The notes: a model not told the origin generated them from the sequence alone. Numbered from the stretch's first letter, positions 13,531 to 26,175 are shown. The stretch: 64,000 nt of DNA from Glaucostegus cemiculus (GCA_976551045.1 CDPCPM010000011.1:6758001-6822000), one strand, 5' to 3'. Made by a program: numbers and translations.

Positions 13531-14014
13531 GTAAGTCGACTAGAATCAGTTTCACTTTGTCTATAACGTCTCGTTAGATTGCTACAAAATCAAATGGTTT
13601 GAAGAACAACTAAATTATCCAAATGTTTTTCTGGAAAAGTACCAACCATTGAAATTAATGTGTAATCCACAGCTGACTATGTATTTTGATATACCTTTTA
13701 ATTATAGATATTAAGGGTAATTTTCTCTGGTTGGGAAGATGCTTTTAGTAATTTCTGCTTAAATACTTATGTGCTATTATTACAATTCCAATGTGAGTAA
13801 AAGAATTTATCAGCCAAAAAAAATTCTGCAGAAAATTTGACTAAAAAGTAGAGGTTTATGATTAAATAAAAAAGGTAAAAGTTAATGATCAGTGCATAAA
13901 TACTGAAATCCCAAAAGATATTATTCAGCAATTGCCTCACTGGTTGTAAATCTTGACTTGTACATCAATCACCAATAGAGAATAAGAAAACATATATATG
14001 ATTTTTTTCTAAAG

Positions 14015-14160
14015 GAAGATATGTAGAGACTCATGGAGTGATCCATAACATGTGGTTCAATACCACCAGTAAACAGAAAAAGCCATATTACCAAACACAA
14101 AGTGTCATTGAATACTGGGACAATGGAAGTCTTCCCATCTGGATCACAGCCCAGCGCCAG
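14015..14160 (+). CDS. ENPP7: ENPP7-like coding exon 2 (146 nt)
   Basis: Acceptor tttttttctaaAG|; encodes GRYVETHGVIHNMWFNTTSKQKKPYYQTQSVIEYWDNGSLPIWITAQRQ; donor CAG|GTAAGG; frame joins exon 1. Confidence 0.95.
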
Positions 14161-14336
14161 GTAAGGCATAAACATTGTAGTATTGCAACTAAACTCATGC
14201 AAGTGGAAGTAGTACATGTGATAGCAGCTTTAATATGGACCCGTGAAGGGCACACTAGTCCCTTCATGGAGGGCACACTAGTCCCTTCATGCTCCGTAAT
14301 AAAGCCATTAAAAATTAAACATCATTCTGGTGGCAA

Positions 14337-15069
14337 ACGACCTGACCTGGTCCACTAACATTACGGCCCTCACGAAGAAGGCTCAGAAACGCCTCTACTT
14401 CCTGCGGAGACTGAGGAAAGCGTACCCACACCCCACAGTCATGAAATCCTTCTACAGGGGGACCATTGAGAGCATCCTAACTCAATGTATCTCTGTTTGG
14501 TTTGGAAGCTGCTCAGCTGCTGGGCGGAAGTCCCTTCAGAAGATAGTTAAGGCTGCGGAGTGGATCATAGGTGTCTCGCTTCCATCCCTCGCAGACATAT
14601 ACAAAGACCGTTGTGTGAGGAAGACCAAAAGCATAATGGCCGACCCCTCTCACCCCTCCCACCACCTCTTCACAATTTTGCCATCAGGGAGGAGGCTTAA
14701 ATGTATCAGGGCAAGAACGTCCAGGCTGAACAATAGCTTCTTTCCGCAAGCCATAAGAACTGCAAACTCTCTCATCCCTCCATCTTCCTTTGTTAACACT
14801 AGGAGATGCTAGGTGCACAGAAATGCACCAGCACTTTAAATGCCCGACTCCAGCCTGTTCACTTTAAGATCTATTTATGTAAGAACTAATGGTAATGTTT
14901 TGTACTGTGTATTCTGCCAAGTGTGTATGTGTCTCTCTGTTGGTTGTTATGTTATTCTTTTTTTTTATGAGACGTGTTCCTGTGGAGGACGGTATCTCGC
15001 TCCTATGCGTACCATGTATGTATATGGTTGTGACAATAAAACTGATTCTGATTCTGATTCTGATTCTGA
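14337..15069 (+). mobile_element. Rex1/Babar-type LINE, 5'-truncated young copy A1 (ENPP7 intron 2)
   Basis: Open ORF QKRLYFLRRLRK...FYRGTIESILT...DPSHPSHHLF..LPSGRR...NSFFPQAIR, the Rex1-type RT C-terminus (DUF1891-like); AATAAA followed by a (CTGATT)n tail; CpGs retained. Confidence 0.88.
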
Positions 15070-16522
15070 AACTCCAGTGATCCCCTTAACCCCTTAATAG
15101 CAGCTGGCTTGGCTCTTCAGAACATTGACTGTGGCATGTGCGACACATGCTGTGGGGAGAAGCCACAAACAAATTGTGCAATGGGTGTCTTGCAAAAGGC
15201 CCAAACCTAGTTTCTTGCATATTCCTTCAGTGCCTGTGTAATGCCTTTCCCAGCATGGTAAACATCACACATCTGCCATGGAACAAGTGCACGTGCCATT
15301 CATTCACATTGGCACCTTGGAAGCAAGCTGTACGCAACACAATGGGTATTATGCAATTCATTTTAGAACATAAGAAACAGGAGCAGAAGGAGACGATACA
15401 AGCTTTGAGATAACATTATTCAATAGCATCTTGGCTGATCCTATATTTCATCCACTTTCCCGCCTCATCTCTATAATCCCTTGATCCCTTTGGTATTCAA
15501 AAATCTATTGCTCAATCTTGAATATATTCCACAACTGAGCATCCACCGCTGTCTGAAATAGAGAATTCCTAAGATTTACAACTCTCCGAGAAAAGACATT
15601 TTTCCTTATCTGTCCTACATGGCAAACTCCTTATCCTGAATATTTCAATGGTTTCAATTTTTTTAATGAAGGTTATGCAAACACAGCAGAAATGGACTGC
15701 ATTTATCAAATAAATCCATTGTCCGTGCTTGTGAAGGATTTCTTTAAAAATTTGTTGTTACATATGTAGACAGGAAATGGCTCTTTAATATTCTAGAGCA
15801 GTATTAGAACTGCCTCAGGGACTGAATTCACCAAATGTAGTTCTTCATAACCTAGCACTGATGGGTTCAATTATGTACAAATCAATGAAATGACTATAAT
15901 CTTCAAGTTAGGCATAATTCATATGGAAAGTTCTACAAAGGACATTTTTAAAGATACAAAAATTTTCAAGGATGAAAACAACATTTTCATATGGAAAGTG
16001 GAAATGGTTCTTTAAAAAAAAATCTCTCTGGCAAGCCTACTTTCACACTGAAAAAGCACAAATCAGAAACTACCATAAAGAACCCACCAAGGCATATCCA
16101 GTTTATACTGCCTGAGTCCTGTCTCTGAGCGAGACTTCAAATGCCATGCCTACAAGAATGTATCCATGTGACAATAGGCCTGAATCTTTCCAGAGGATAA
16201 TGTTTACTTCTGGATTTTGGGGCAATCCTGCATTTTAAACTTTAAAATTAATGCCAATTATGCTTAAGAAGTTTATTAGATCCATAAAATCTTGTAAACC
16301 AAGTTTGGCACCACAATGGACTTCATTACTAGTGGTGTCAAACCAAAACACAACTTCTCCAAGGAAACTAGCTATCACTATTCTCCCTGGAATTAGATCA
16401 GGTCCCTAACTATACTCAGCAATTTTGGCAGATAAGCGTGTTGTAAGAAAGAGTATCAATGCACAGATATATAAACAGAGACTTCATTGACGGAACATTT
16501 CATGCCAATTGTATTTCTAAAG

Positions 16523-17152
16523 GGCTTAAAGACCGGTTCTGTTCATTTCCCTGGGACCAAACCCAGCTATGAGGGAGAGAATATTTTCCTGAAAGTGGTG
16601 GAGCCTCCGATGTACAACTATAAGAATGAAACAGCCTGGAGAGAAAACATTGACATAGTAATGAAATGGTTCACCTTGGAGGATCTGGATTTTGTCACAC
16701 TCTACTTTGGTGAACCAGACGTCACAGGCCATAGGTATGGACCCGAATCACAGAACAGAAAGGTAGTGGTGCAAAAACTGGACAGAACACTGGGTTATTT
16801 AATAGAAAGTATCAAGAGGTACAACTTGAAATCCAGACTCAATGTGATTATCACTGCTGACCATGGAATGACCACAGTGCTGAAAGAGCCGGCAGTGAAT
16901 GAAATTGTGCTATCAAGGTTCTCCAATTTTTCATTCAAAGACACTGATTTTGATTTAGTTGATTATGGACCCACTGCTATGCTTTTGCCCAAAAAGGGAA
17001 AGATGGAAAAAGTGTACCAGGCTCTGAAAGGTGCCCATCCACATCTAAATGTTTTTAAAAAAGAAGATTTTCCAGAAAGATTGCGATATTCCAAAAGCGA
17101 AAGAATCCTCCCAATCATCATGTTTGGTGATCTCGGTTATGTTGTGCATGGG
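16523..17152 (+). CDS. ENPP7: ENPP7-like coding exon 3 (630 nt, phase 0/0)
   Basis: Acceptor tatttctaaAG|GGC; contains the zinc-ligand motifs FVTLYFGEPDVTGHRYGP and IITADHGMT; donor GGG|GTGAGT at 17153. Confidence 0.95.
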
Positions 17153-19014
17153 GTGAGTACTTGAACAGTATAACTGGTTTAAAATGTTTAATCAGAACTG
17201 GGAAGGAGATAGCCATTAAGATTCATTATCAACCATGAAACTGCAAAATAGAACAAAATTCGTGTCCTTCTGTACCCTGACAAGTTATATCTTTGATGTC
17301 CATTAATTAACAAAACATTAAATCAAGTTGTTACCTTAATCCCAGAATTGCCAGATGTATGCAAATAAATCAAGAACATGAGCAAACAGGAGCAGGAGTA
17401 GGTCATGTGGCCCCTCAAGCCTGCCCCACTATTGGATATGATCATGGCTGATTTATACTGGCCTCAACTCCTCTTCTGTGCTAATTTCTCATAAACCTTC
17501 AGTTCCTCGATCTTTTAAGTGTTGATTCATTTCCACCTTAAATATATCTAATGATCACCAGGGGCACAGAAATCCACTGATTCACTACCCTTTGAAAGAA
17601 GAAATTTCTACAGACCTTAGTTCTAAATAACCAGCTCCTTTTTTTGTAACTTTGTAAAAATGTCACAACTCTTTCACCTTTTGTTGCTATCCTTTTTAAA
17701 TAAATGTGCCAGTTTCTCTTCCAACTTGTCTGCCTAGCCCCCTCCCTCTCCCTTAACACACATGTTTTGTTTCTATCTCTTTTCCCACATCTCTGTCTCT
17801 AGATTAACATCTGTTTCTTGTTTGTGCAATCCAATTCATTTATGTTAATTTTATAAAATAAAGAAAACACAGCAAACCAACACTGCAAGTTAAGCATAGG
17901 TAAATATAGGTCTTTAAAAAACAGAACAGGGCTGAATTCAACTTCATTAATGTCAATTACAAACAAATGCATAAGGGACTGGTAGTATTTTTAAAATCAG
18001 TTTCTCCACTAAACCTATGCTGATCTCATCTGAACTTTGTGCAATTGTAGAGAAAATTGTGCAGTTACTGTGGGACATTCACTAAATTCTCAAATGAAAC
18101 ACCTGTAAACTGGCCTTACCAAGAACAGTGATAACACTACTGAAGGGCAAAGGACATAGTGGCAATTAATATGAATTGTGAATTATTGTTAAAGATTAAC
18201 AATTAAACAGTCATAAATTTTCTAAAGAGCAAAGGAAGTAAATGTAAACAGAGCAGATTTTGCAAATAAAAAGCATTCATACCAAACTTGTATGACAGAG
18301 GAGATTTGCTGGAAAAAAAAATCACACCTTCCTTTTTAAATTCCACTAAGCTCAAAGCCAATGAAGTGCACTTAAATTTAATTGGGTGGATTAGTGGCAA
18401 AGGGGAGAATTTCAATTAAAGCCGATTCAGGCATTTTCTGCATCCAATAGATTTGTCTTCCTCCTGGAATGCTTTTCCACATGTTCCTCAATCATCTCAA
18501 GCCTTCATTTGTATTGATATACACTTATTGATCTAACTAGAATTCTAGTTTAACAAGATAGAAATTTGAAAGTGGATCAGGACTATAGCAATAAGTCAAA
18601 GGGCAGAGACGTGCATAGATTTCACTCCCCCACCCACCCAATCTCCTGCCTAATGGAGATGCCCAAATTGACCTGTTCAAACATTGGTTTCCAGTTCCAT
18701 ATCTTGGAATTTAAGGCTGTTCATCTCTTCAGTGGTATGCAACAGAATCAAAATGCCTGCTGTGAATTTTTCACAGAAATTTTAATGAATCAGTTAAGTC
18801 ACCCCTTAAATTGAGATTACAAAAAGCAGAATCTTATACATAAGAAAATCATAAATTTAAATGGAGACACAAGAGACTGCATATTAAGTCAGGGGGGAAG
18901 TTACCTACAAAACTTTGTTCCAGATGTCATCACAACCTTTAGATTATGTACTGAAGAATTAGGCAATGAAGAGTAACAGAGGGTGTGACTACAAGTAAAG
19001 CAGACATAACATAA

Positions 19015-19294
19015 GGTCTTTATTAGTCACATGTACATCAAAACACACAGTGGAATACATCTTTTGCATAGTGATTTGGGGTGCAGCCCGCAGGTGTCGC
19101 CACACTTCCGGCACCAACATAGCGTGCTCACAACTTCCAAACCTGTACGTTTTTGGAATGTGGGAGGAAACCAGAGGAAACCCCCGCAGACACGGGGAGA
19201 ACATACAAACTCCTTACAAATGGCGGCCAGATTTGTACCCAGGTCGCTGGTGCTGTACTAGCGTTACACTAACCGCTACACAACCGTGCCTGCC
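19015..19294 (-). mobile_element. tRNA-headed V-SINE-like element, near full length
   Basis: A-box-like ggttgtgtagcggttag, decayed B-box gggtacaaatc, V-domain ggagtttgtatgttctccccgtgtctgcg...ggtttcctcccaca, 3' tail ending gtacatgtgactaataaa. Confidence 0.75.
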
Positions 19295-19616
19295 CCTATG
19301 AGATATGAGGATCTAGACACTGGTGTTGTTGGAGCCTTAGCCTTTGCATAGTCATGTGGGACAAAAATGTGCCATCCAGCCCATCATGTTCATGCTGACC
19401 ATTTTGCCCATCTACTCTAATTCTGTTTGCCTGCATTAGGACAATATCCTTATGCCTTGCCTATTTGAATGTCTATCTAAATGCCTCTTAAGCATAATAA
19501 TTGTAACTGATTCCACCACCAAAAAGACATTTGGATAAGTCCAAGGATTGGAAAAGTTTAGAGGGTTAGAGCCAAATGCAGGCAAATGGTTGGCACACTG
19601 GTGAGCTGGGCTGAAG

Positions 19617-19752
19617 GAGACACAAGAGATTCTGCAGATGCTGGAAATCTGGAGCAACACACACAAAATGCTGAAGGAACTCAGCAGGTCAGGTAGCATC
19701 TATGGAAAGAAACAAACTGTCAACGTTTTGGGCCGAGACCCTTCTTCAGGAC
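19617..19752 (-). mobile_element. Penelope-derived terminal repeat with a degenerate minimal hammerhead ribozyme
   Basis: Minus strand reads gtc-CTGAAGA-aGGGtctcggCCC-AAAA-CG-TT-gac, followed by gatgctacctgacctgctgagttccttcagcattttg; inserted in a CR1 3' fragment. Confidence 0.65.
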
Positions 19753-19929
19753 CGAAGGGCCTGTTTCTGTGCTTTATTACTCTATGTCTCTGTGACACCT
19801 CCTCTGGCAGTGTGTTCCAGATATCAACCACTCTGTGTAAAGAACTTGTCCAATAGATACAAAGTTCTTGCAGACTATGTGGTTTGAGAGCAGCAACTAC
19901 AAGATGATTTTGCAAATTGACCACAGCAC

Positions 19930-21538
19930 AGGGGATTGGTTCAGCTGGAGGAGTGAAACAAAATGTCGTGTTATTTGGGGATGGTGTTGCCAGGGAGATA
20001 AATGCTGTTCTCGACAGCAGTGTGCAGGAGTCCTAGAGGATGTGTTGCTTCCCCAGCGTCAGGGTTAAGCCTATTTCATCAGGGCTATAGAGTAAAGATG
20101 TAGTTGTAGTGGTCCATGAGGGAACCAATGACATAAAAAGGACAAAGAAAGAGATTCTAGTGAAGAGATATGAGCAGCTAAGGTCCAAACCAAAAAATCA
20201 GAACCGCATGTTCTGGGCTATCACCTGAGCCAGAGCAAATAGGCATGGGGTAAACAAGACCAGAAAAATGAATGAATGGATCAATCACAGACTGGTGTGG
20301 GAAAAGTTCATGGAACACTGGCACCAGTGTTGAGGAAAGAGGGAGATATTCCATGAGGAAGGATTTGATTTGAGCTGGGGCAAGTGGCCTACTGAGTCAA
20401 AATAATTTGGGTTGTCGATGAGGCTTTAAAGTAAGTTGTTACCAGGAGGGGGAGGGTTTTCTGCGTTAAATTGTTGGTAGCGAGGATGGGAAGTTTAGAA
20501 TGTCAACAGCGAAAAAAAAGTGAGTGTAGGGTAGCAAATGGGACTCTCAGATTCAAGGGTCTGACCAGAAAGGACAATGCATACAAATGTAGAATACACC
20601 TCAACTTCAAGGTAGAATGGGGAGAAATGGTGCAAAGATAAAACAGTCTGCATGCATACAGCTTTTGTAACAAAAGGGATGAATTAATGGCACATGTAGA
20701 AAGAAATGGGTATAATTTAATGGCTATTTGAGTGATGTGGTTGCAAAGTGACCAAAGTAGGAAGTTATGCAAAATAAAAAGGATGCAGACCTTAACCTTA
20801 ATATTAAAGAAGGGGATAAAGAGATCAGAAAAGATCATCGCTCAGAAAATCAAGAAATAGTGTCAAGTTGGGTGGAGTTAAGAAACAGCATTGTTACCTG
20901 AAAACATTGGTATGAGTTATATATTAGGCATCCAGATGTACAGCAAAGTTAGAGGTGCATGCAGCAAGAGCACATCACAGTAATGAGGGACTTTAATCTA
21001 AACAGAAATTCGGCATAACAAAGGAACAGTATTAATGCGAGGATGAATTCATGGAGAGTATAAGGAATGGTTTTCTAGATCAGTATGTTAAGGAACCAAC
21101 GAGGGAAAAGGCTACTTTAGATTTAGTTTTGTGTAATTATTAAAGAATAATTAATAGACTTGAATTAAAGTGGTCATTAGGGAACAATGATCATATGATG
21201 GGATTTTATGTAAAGATTGGAAGTCATTTATTTCACTCTGAAACCCAAGTTTTAAACATAAACAAAACCAAACCACAGATAGTACGAGATGTGAGTTGGC
21301 AATCCATATTTAAAGGTATAATGGCAAACATGCAAGGGCCAATATTTAAAGAAGTAATGCTGAGTTTACAAGAATGTATTTATCTTTGAGGAAAAAGAAA
21401 CATGATAGGGAAAGTGGTAAAGCCATGGCTATCTAGAGAAGTTAAAGTTAGCATTATACCAATGCAAAAGTCATAAAATATTGCCAGAAAACTATTAAGT
21501 CTGAGGATTGGGAAAATTTCAGAAAACACCAAAGGAGG
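19930..21538 (+). mobile_element. Degraded CR1 LINE, ORF1 esterase region plus ORF2 endonuclease
   Basis: CCFP..RVK and VVVVHEGTNDI (SGNH/GDSL esterase block) near 20040-20135; LDQYVKEPTREKATLDLVLCN and GNNDH near 21075-21195; interrupted by Rex1 copy A2. Confidence 0.7.
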
Positions 21539-22545
21539 ATCAGAATCAGAATCAGTTTTATTGTCACAACCATATACATACATAGTATGCATAGGAGTGA
21601 GATACCATCCTCCTCAGGTGCTCGTCCCATTAAATAACAACCAACAGAGACACACAGACACACTTAACAGAATAAACATTAAAAAACATTAAACATTAAA
21701 AACTACAGAAGTTAAAATTAAATTAATATGCAGATTAAATTAAAAATGGCCGGTAAATAAATAAATAGTTATTTAAGTGAACAGGCTGGTGGCGGGCATT
21801 TAAAGTGCTGGTGCATTTCTGTGCACCTAGCATCTCTTAGTGTTAACAAGGAAGATGGAGGGATGAGAGAGTTTGCAGTTCTGATGGCTTGCGGAAAGAA
21901 GCTATTGTTCAGCCTGGTCGTTCTTGCCCTGATACATTTAAGCCTCCTTCCCGATGGCAAAATTGTAAAGAGGTGGTGGGAGGGGTGAGAAGGGTCGGCC
22001 ATTATGCTTTTGGTCTTCCTCACACAATGGTCTTTGTATATGTCTGCGAGGGATGGAAGCGAGACACCTATGATCCTCTCCGCAGCCCTAACTATCCTCT
22101 GGAGGGAGTTCCGCCCAGCAACTGAGCAGCTTCCAAACCAAACAGTGATACATTGGGTTAGGATGCTCTCAATGGTCCCTCTATAGAAGGTTTTCATGAC
22201 AGAGGGATGGGAGTTCGCTTTCCTCAGTCTCCGCAGGAAGTAGAGGCGTTTCTGAGCTTTCTTCGTGAGGGCCGTAATGTTAGTGGACCAGGTCAGGTCG
22301 TCGGTGATGTGCACCCCCAGGAACTTGGTGCTGCGTACTTGTTCCACAGCAGACCCGTTGATGGTCAGCGGGGCGTGCACACGGTGACCCCTCCTAAAAT
22401 CCACTATCATCTCCTTGGTTTTATCCACATTCAAGGCGAGGTTGTTGTCATAGCACCATACGGCTAGTTGTTTCACCTCCTCTCTGTAGTCCGACTCATC
22501 GTCATCTGTGACAAGACCCACCACTGTCGTGTCATCAGCAAATTT
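21539..22545 (-). mobile_element. Rex1/Babar-type LINE, 5'-truncated young copy A2 (ENPP7 intron 3)
   Basis: ORF from KFADDTTVVGL through NNLALNVDKTKEMIVDFRR to NSFFPQAIR; same (CTGATT)n tail; AGGAT present on both flanks. Confidence 0.9.
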
Positions 22546-22714
22546 AGGATTTAGGATTTGGACATACTTAAGGAAAGGCAAACTTAGTTGATTTCTGTCA
22601 GAGTAGGGCATTACGGGAGGACATCAACTCACCTTCCTCCCTGATAATCATCCTTTCCTTGGTTCAGCTTTTGATACCCTCCAGTACCCAGTATACTGAC
22701 CACCCAGAGTCTAC

Positions 22715-22901
22715 NNNNNNNNNNNNNNNNNNNNNNNNNNNNNNNNNNNNNNNNNNNNNNNNNNNNNNNNNNNNNNNNNNNNNNNNNNNNNNNNNNNNNN
22801 NNNNNNNNNNNNNNNNNNNNNNNNNNNNNNNNNNNNNNNNNNNNNNNNNNNNNNNNNNNNNNNNNNNNNNNNNNNNNNNNNNNNNNNNNNNNNNNNNNNN
22901 N
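22715..22901. other. Assembly gap (187 N)
   Basis: Run of N. Confidence 1.
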
Positions 22902-23140
22902 ACATTCCAAAGAACTATAAAACCAGTCAAGTGCCTTTACTAAGTAGTTACTATTGAAATGCAAGAATGGTCATTTGCTCCATTTCTTATATAAGCCATG
23001 ATCTCATAAAAAGGAAGAGAAAAGCAGGAAGGAAATGATGAGGGGCTATGGCAGGCGCTGCATTGCAAGATCAGAGTATATTTGAATACAAAATTTAAAC
23101 AAAAAAAAGCAGATACCTAAACCTCTCACTGCTTTAGTGA

Positions 23141-23512
23141 AGCACCCAGCATAATCAAAGACCTCACCCATCTGGGACATCTCTCTTCTCCCCTCTCCCC
23201 TCTTCACATACCACCAGGCTCAAGGACAGCTTCTACCCTACTGTTAAAAGACTATTGCACGGTTCCCTTTTATGATGAGATGGAATCTTGACCTCAAAAT
23301 CTACTTTGTTGTGATTTTGCACCTTATTGTCTACCTGCAATGCAGTTCCCTGTAGCTGTGGCACTTCACTCTGTATTCTGTTACTTTTTTTTACCCTGTA
23401 CTACCTCAATGCACTGTGTAATGAAATGATCTGTACAAACGGTTTGCAAGACAAGTTTTTCACTGTACCTCAGTACAAGTGACAGTAATAAACCAATATC
23501 AATACCAATACC
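23141..23512 (+). mobile_element. Older Rex1/Babar-like LINE 3' end, family B
   Basis: agcataatcaaagacctcacccat...accaggctcaaggacagcttctaccct (SIIKD..HP / TRLKDSFYP); tail AATAAAC(CAATAC)n. Confidence 0.65.
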
Positions 23513-23844
23513 AGATGTGTTTTTAAATCAGCAATATAATTGCAGGTAACTTTGCATTTCAGTTCTGAAGTAGACAATAAGGTGGAGGGGCGAGTTGGGG
23601 GGAGAAAGCAACAATTAGACCATAGAACCATAGAACAATACAGCACAATACAGGCCCTTCGACCCACAATTACTTCCAGTGGTTGTGATTTGATGGTGAG
23701 TTAGATGCCTTAATAGGATTTTCTTTTTCTAGTTAAAAGAAGTCTTATTCCTGCAATGTCACTAAAGTAGAACAGCCTGGAAAGTTTCCTTGGTGTGGTT
23801 TTCATATTGGTTTCTTTCCCAGCACTTGCCATCAGTTAGAGCAG

Positions 23845-23945
23845 CTCCACCCTTGCACCTTCATACCACTTTACCTCAGCTGATGTCTTCACCCTTCACC
23901 TCCACCCTTGCACCTTCATACCACTTTATCTCAGCTGATGTCTTC
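23845..23945. repeat. Tandem duplication, period 55 bp
   Basis: ctccacccttgcaccttcataccacttta(c/t)ctcagctgatgtcttc at 23845 and 23900, one mismatch. Confidence 0.9.
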
Positions 23946-25397
23946 TGTGGAGTGAATGATTGACTGAGCCTCTGGATGGCATCTAATGGACAATTAGGCA
24001 AGGATTTAGGTATCCAATTTTGTCTAATACTGAAATCAAGTGATGGCATTCAACAGTAACAACGAGTGGAATATCCTGGCTAATAATTATAGTTAAACAT
24101 CAATGTCATAACTCAACACAAAAGCTTTAAAAGTTACTTGATTCTAAAATCTTTACAGAGCGTGCTGGAAAAATGAGTCATGTCATTTTCATGTGATATA
24201 TTGTCACAAAAGTGACTCATTGAACCACACAAACATGAAATGGTATTTGTGGGGTGATAGTCCTTTAATAGCACAGAGGAAGATATCATCTGAATTTGTC
24301 ATCTGAAGATGTAAAGATGGAGCTGCTCTGACTGAAGAGAACTGCTAGAAAGGAAACAAAGGAAGGTGAGACAAGATAACTTTCTATGCATTTTAGTCTC
24401 TCATGTTGCAGGTAGAAATGGCCCCACAAAGTTCTTTCAGGATCTAATTGGCCGTCAACTTACAACCAGTGAAAGTGATTGAAATAAAAAACTGCATCTG
24501 CTGGAAATATGAAACCACCAAAACTGCCAGAATCACCCAGCACATCAGACAAAATCTGTGGGGAGAGAAAGAGTTTCAGCTCAATGGAAAGAGGGAAATG
24601 GGTGGAGAGCGAATAAATTAGTAACCTCAAGTGTAACTCCCGGGTTGTACGTAAAACTTTTATTGAACTTCAGGGAAATACAATTCAGATTCTGCCATGA
24701 GTTTTCTAAGTTTGCAATGTGCATGATTTTCTTGAGCTTGCCACCCATAGTTTAGTCACCAAAAGTCTGCCCAATGGAGTAATTTACTTCGCCTGTTCAT
24801 AGTACAACAGAATCAAAGTTCCAGGCAAATGCCCCATGCCTCTGTGGTTCCTGTGGTACCACCTTCACTAAGATCGAATAATTTGCTGGCTCTCATTCTC
24901 CCATTAATGAATTGCCCATACCTAGTTGGTTAATGAATTGCCCAGACCCAGATGTAAAGTCTTATGGTGGCCTTAGATCAGCCAGAGATAAACTGATGGA
25001 AATAAGATGAACAATTTATTTTCTTACTTATTTTCCAATGTATGAACGATGTGATAGCTGTTTGTACAAATCCAAACAGGCCTTGTATAAATAATCAAGG
25101 AATAACTTACATTTTATAACTTAATCCATGTGAGTTCCATCTAATCACGTGTCAATCTGTCATTAGCTCCCAAGTCCAAGTATAAATTTCAGACAAAATT
25201 GGTTAACAGTCAAGCAATACTTATAGTGAGGCATACAGGAGAAATGTAGCCCTCACTGTCAAGTGTGGCTTATGTCCTATTTTGTTAATTCCCATTTCCA
25301 TGCCAAATAGAAATTGGAAATCTGGCATCCACCCTCCGACAAACACTGTTGCAGTTAGGGATGAGAGTGTATCGCCATTTACTGAGACCAGTTTTAA

Positions 25398-25507
25398 GAT
25401 CTCTTTATTAGTCACATGTACTTCGAAACACACAGTGAAATGCATCTTTTGCGTAGAGTGTTCTGGGGGCAGCCCACAAGCATTGCCATTTTTCCGGCAC
25501 CGACGTA
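25398..25507 (-). mobile_element. 3' tail fragment of the same SINE family as 19015-19294
   Basis: ctttattagtcacatgtac..aaacacacagtg...gcagccc...ttccggcacc is shared with 19017-19120. Confidence 0.7.
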
Positions 25508-26175
25508 AACATCCACATATGACTTTGTTGCAGATAAAGCTGGCAGGAAATATGTGCATGTAAGATATGACTATTTTGTAGATATTCTGAAAATAGTGAA
25601 AATTAGTTGGCAGATACTACACTGTCTTTTGTTCTACGGTTATAGCTACATCACAAGCTGATTACATATACCATTACAAATGGAACATTGATTTGTGGAT
25701 TCCAGATCTGTATTTATACAAAAATTAGAAAATTTTGCTTTTGAAAATTGAGACAACAGGTCCTTGAAATCTTGGTTTTGTGCATCAGTTCCATCTAATA
25801 ATATTCCATATCTTTTTAACTCTGTAAAAGTGCAAAGACACATGACACACTGCCATTTGGGGCAATAGTAAATCAGGACTAACAGGCAGGATGAAAGGAA
25901 ATAAAGGTTATACAGAAATATGAAAAGAAGCTCATTTTGTGTATAAAGATCAGCAAATACCAGTGGTCTTTGCTGATCTTTATGCACAAAATCCGAAGGG
26001 GCCTGTTACCACACTGTAAATAAAATTAAAATTAAAATAGGCATCAAGTTGAAAATAGATGAGAGTCCAAATTAAGCTTCTATAATTTTCTTTTTTTTAC
26101 TTCAATTGTCTTCACCATCAGGTCAAATAGAAATGAAAATGGTTTCTGGTGTTTGTTGTACAATTCTGTCTATAA

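Noticed and set aside
19230-19294. tRNA gene
   Set aside because: Decayed B-box, no cloverleaf, and contiguous with the SINE body; it is a tRNA-derived SINE head
21769-22611. 280-aa RT ORF as a stand-alone or domesticated reverse transcriptase gene
   Set aside because: 5'-truncated at KFADD, the N-terminus comes from flanking DNA, there is a 1-nt frameshift near the end and a LINE tail is present; it is an ordinary dead-on-arrival insertion
22629-22964. ORFs spanning the N run
   Set aside because: Artefacts of the assembly gap
23845-23945. Possible CRISPR-like repeat array (also 7710-7757 and 24905-24945)
   Set aside because: Only two units each, no unique spacers of regular length, eukaryotic context; these are simple tandem duplications
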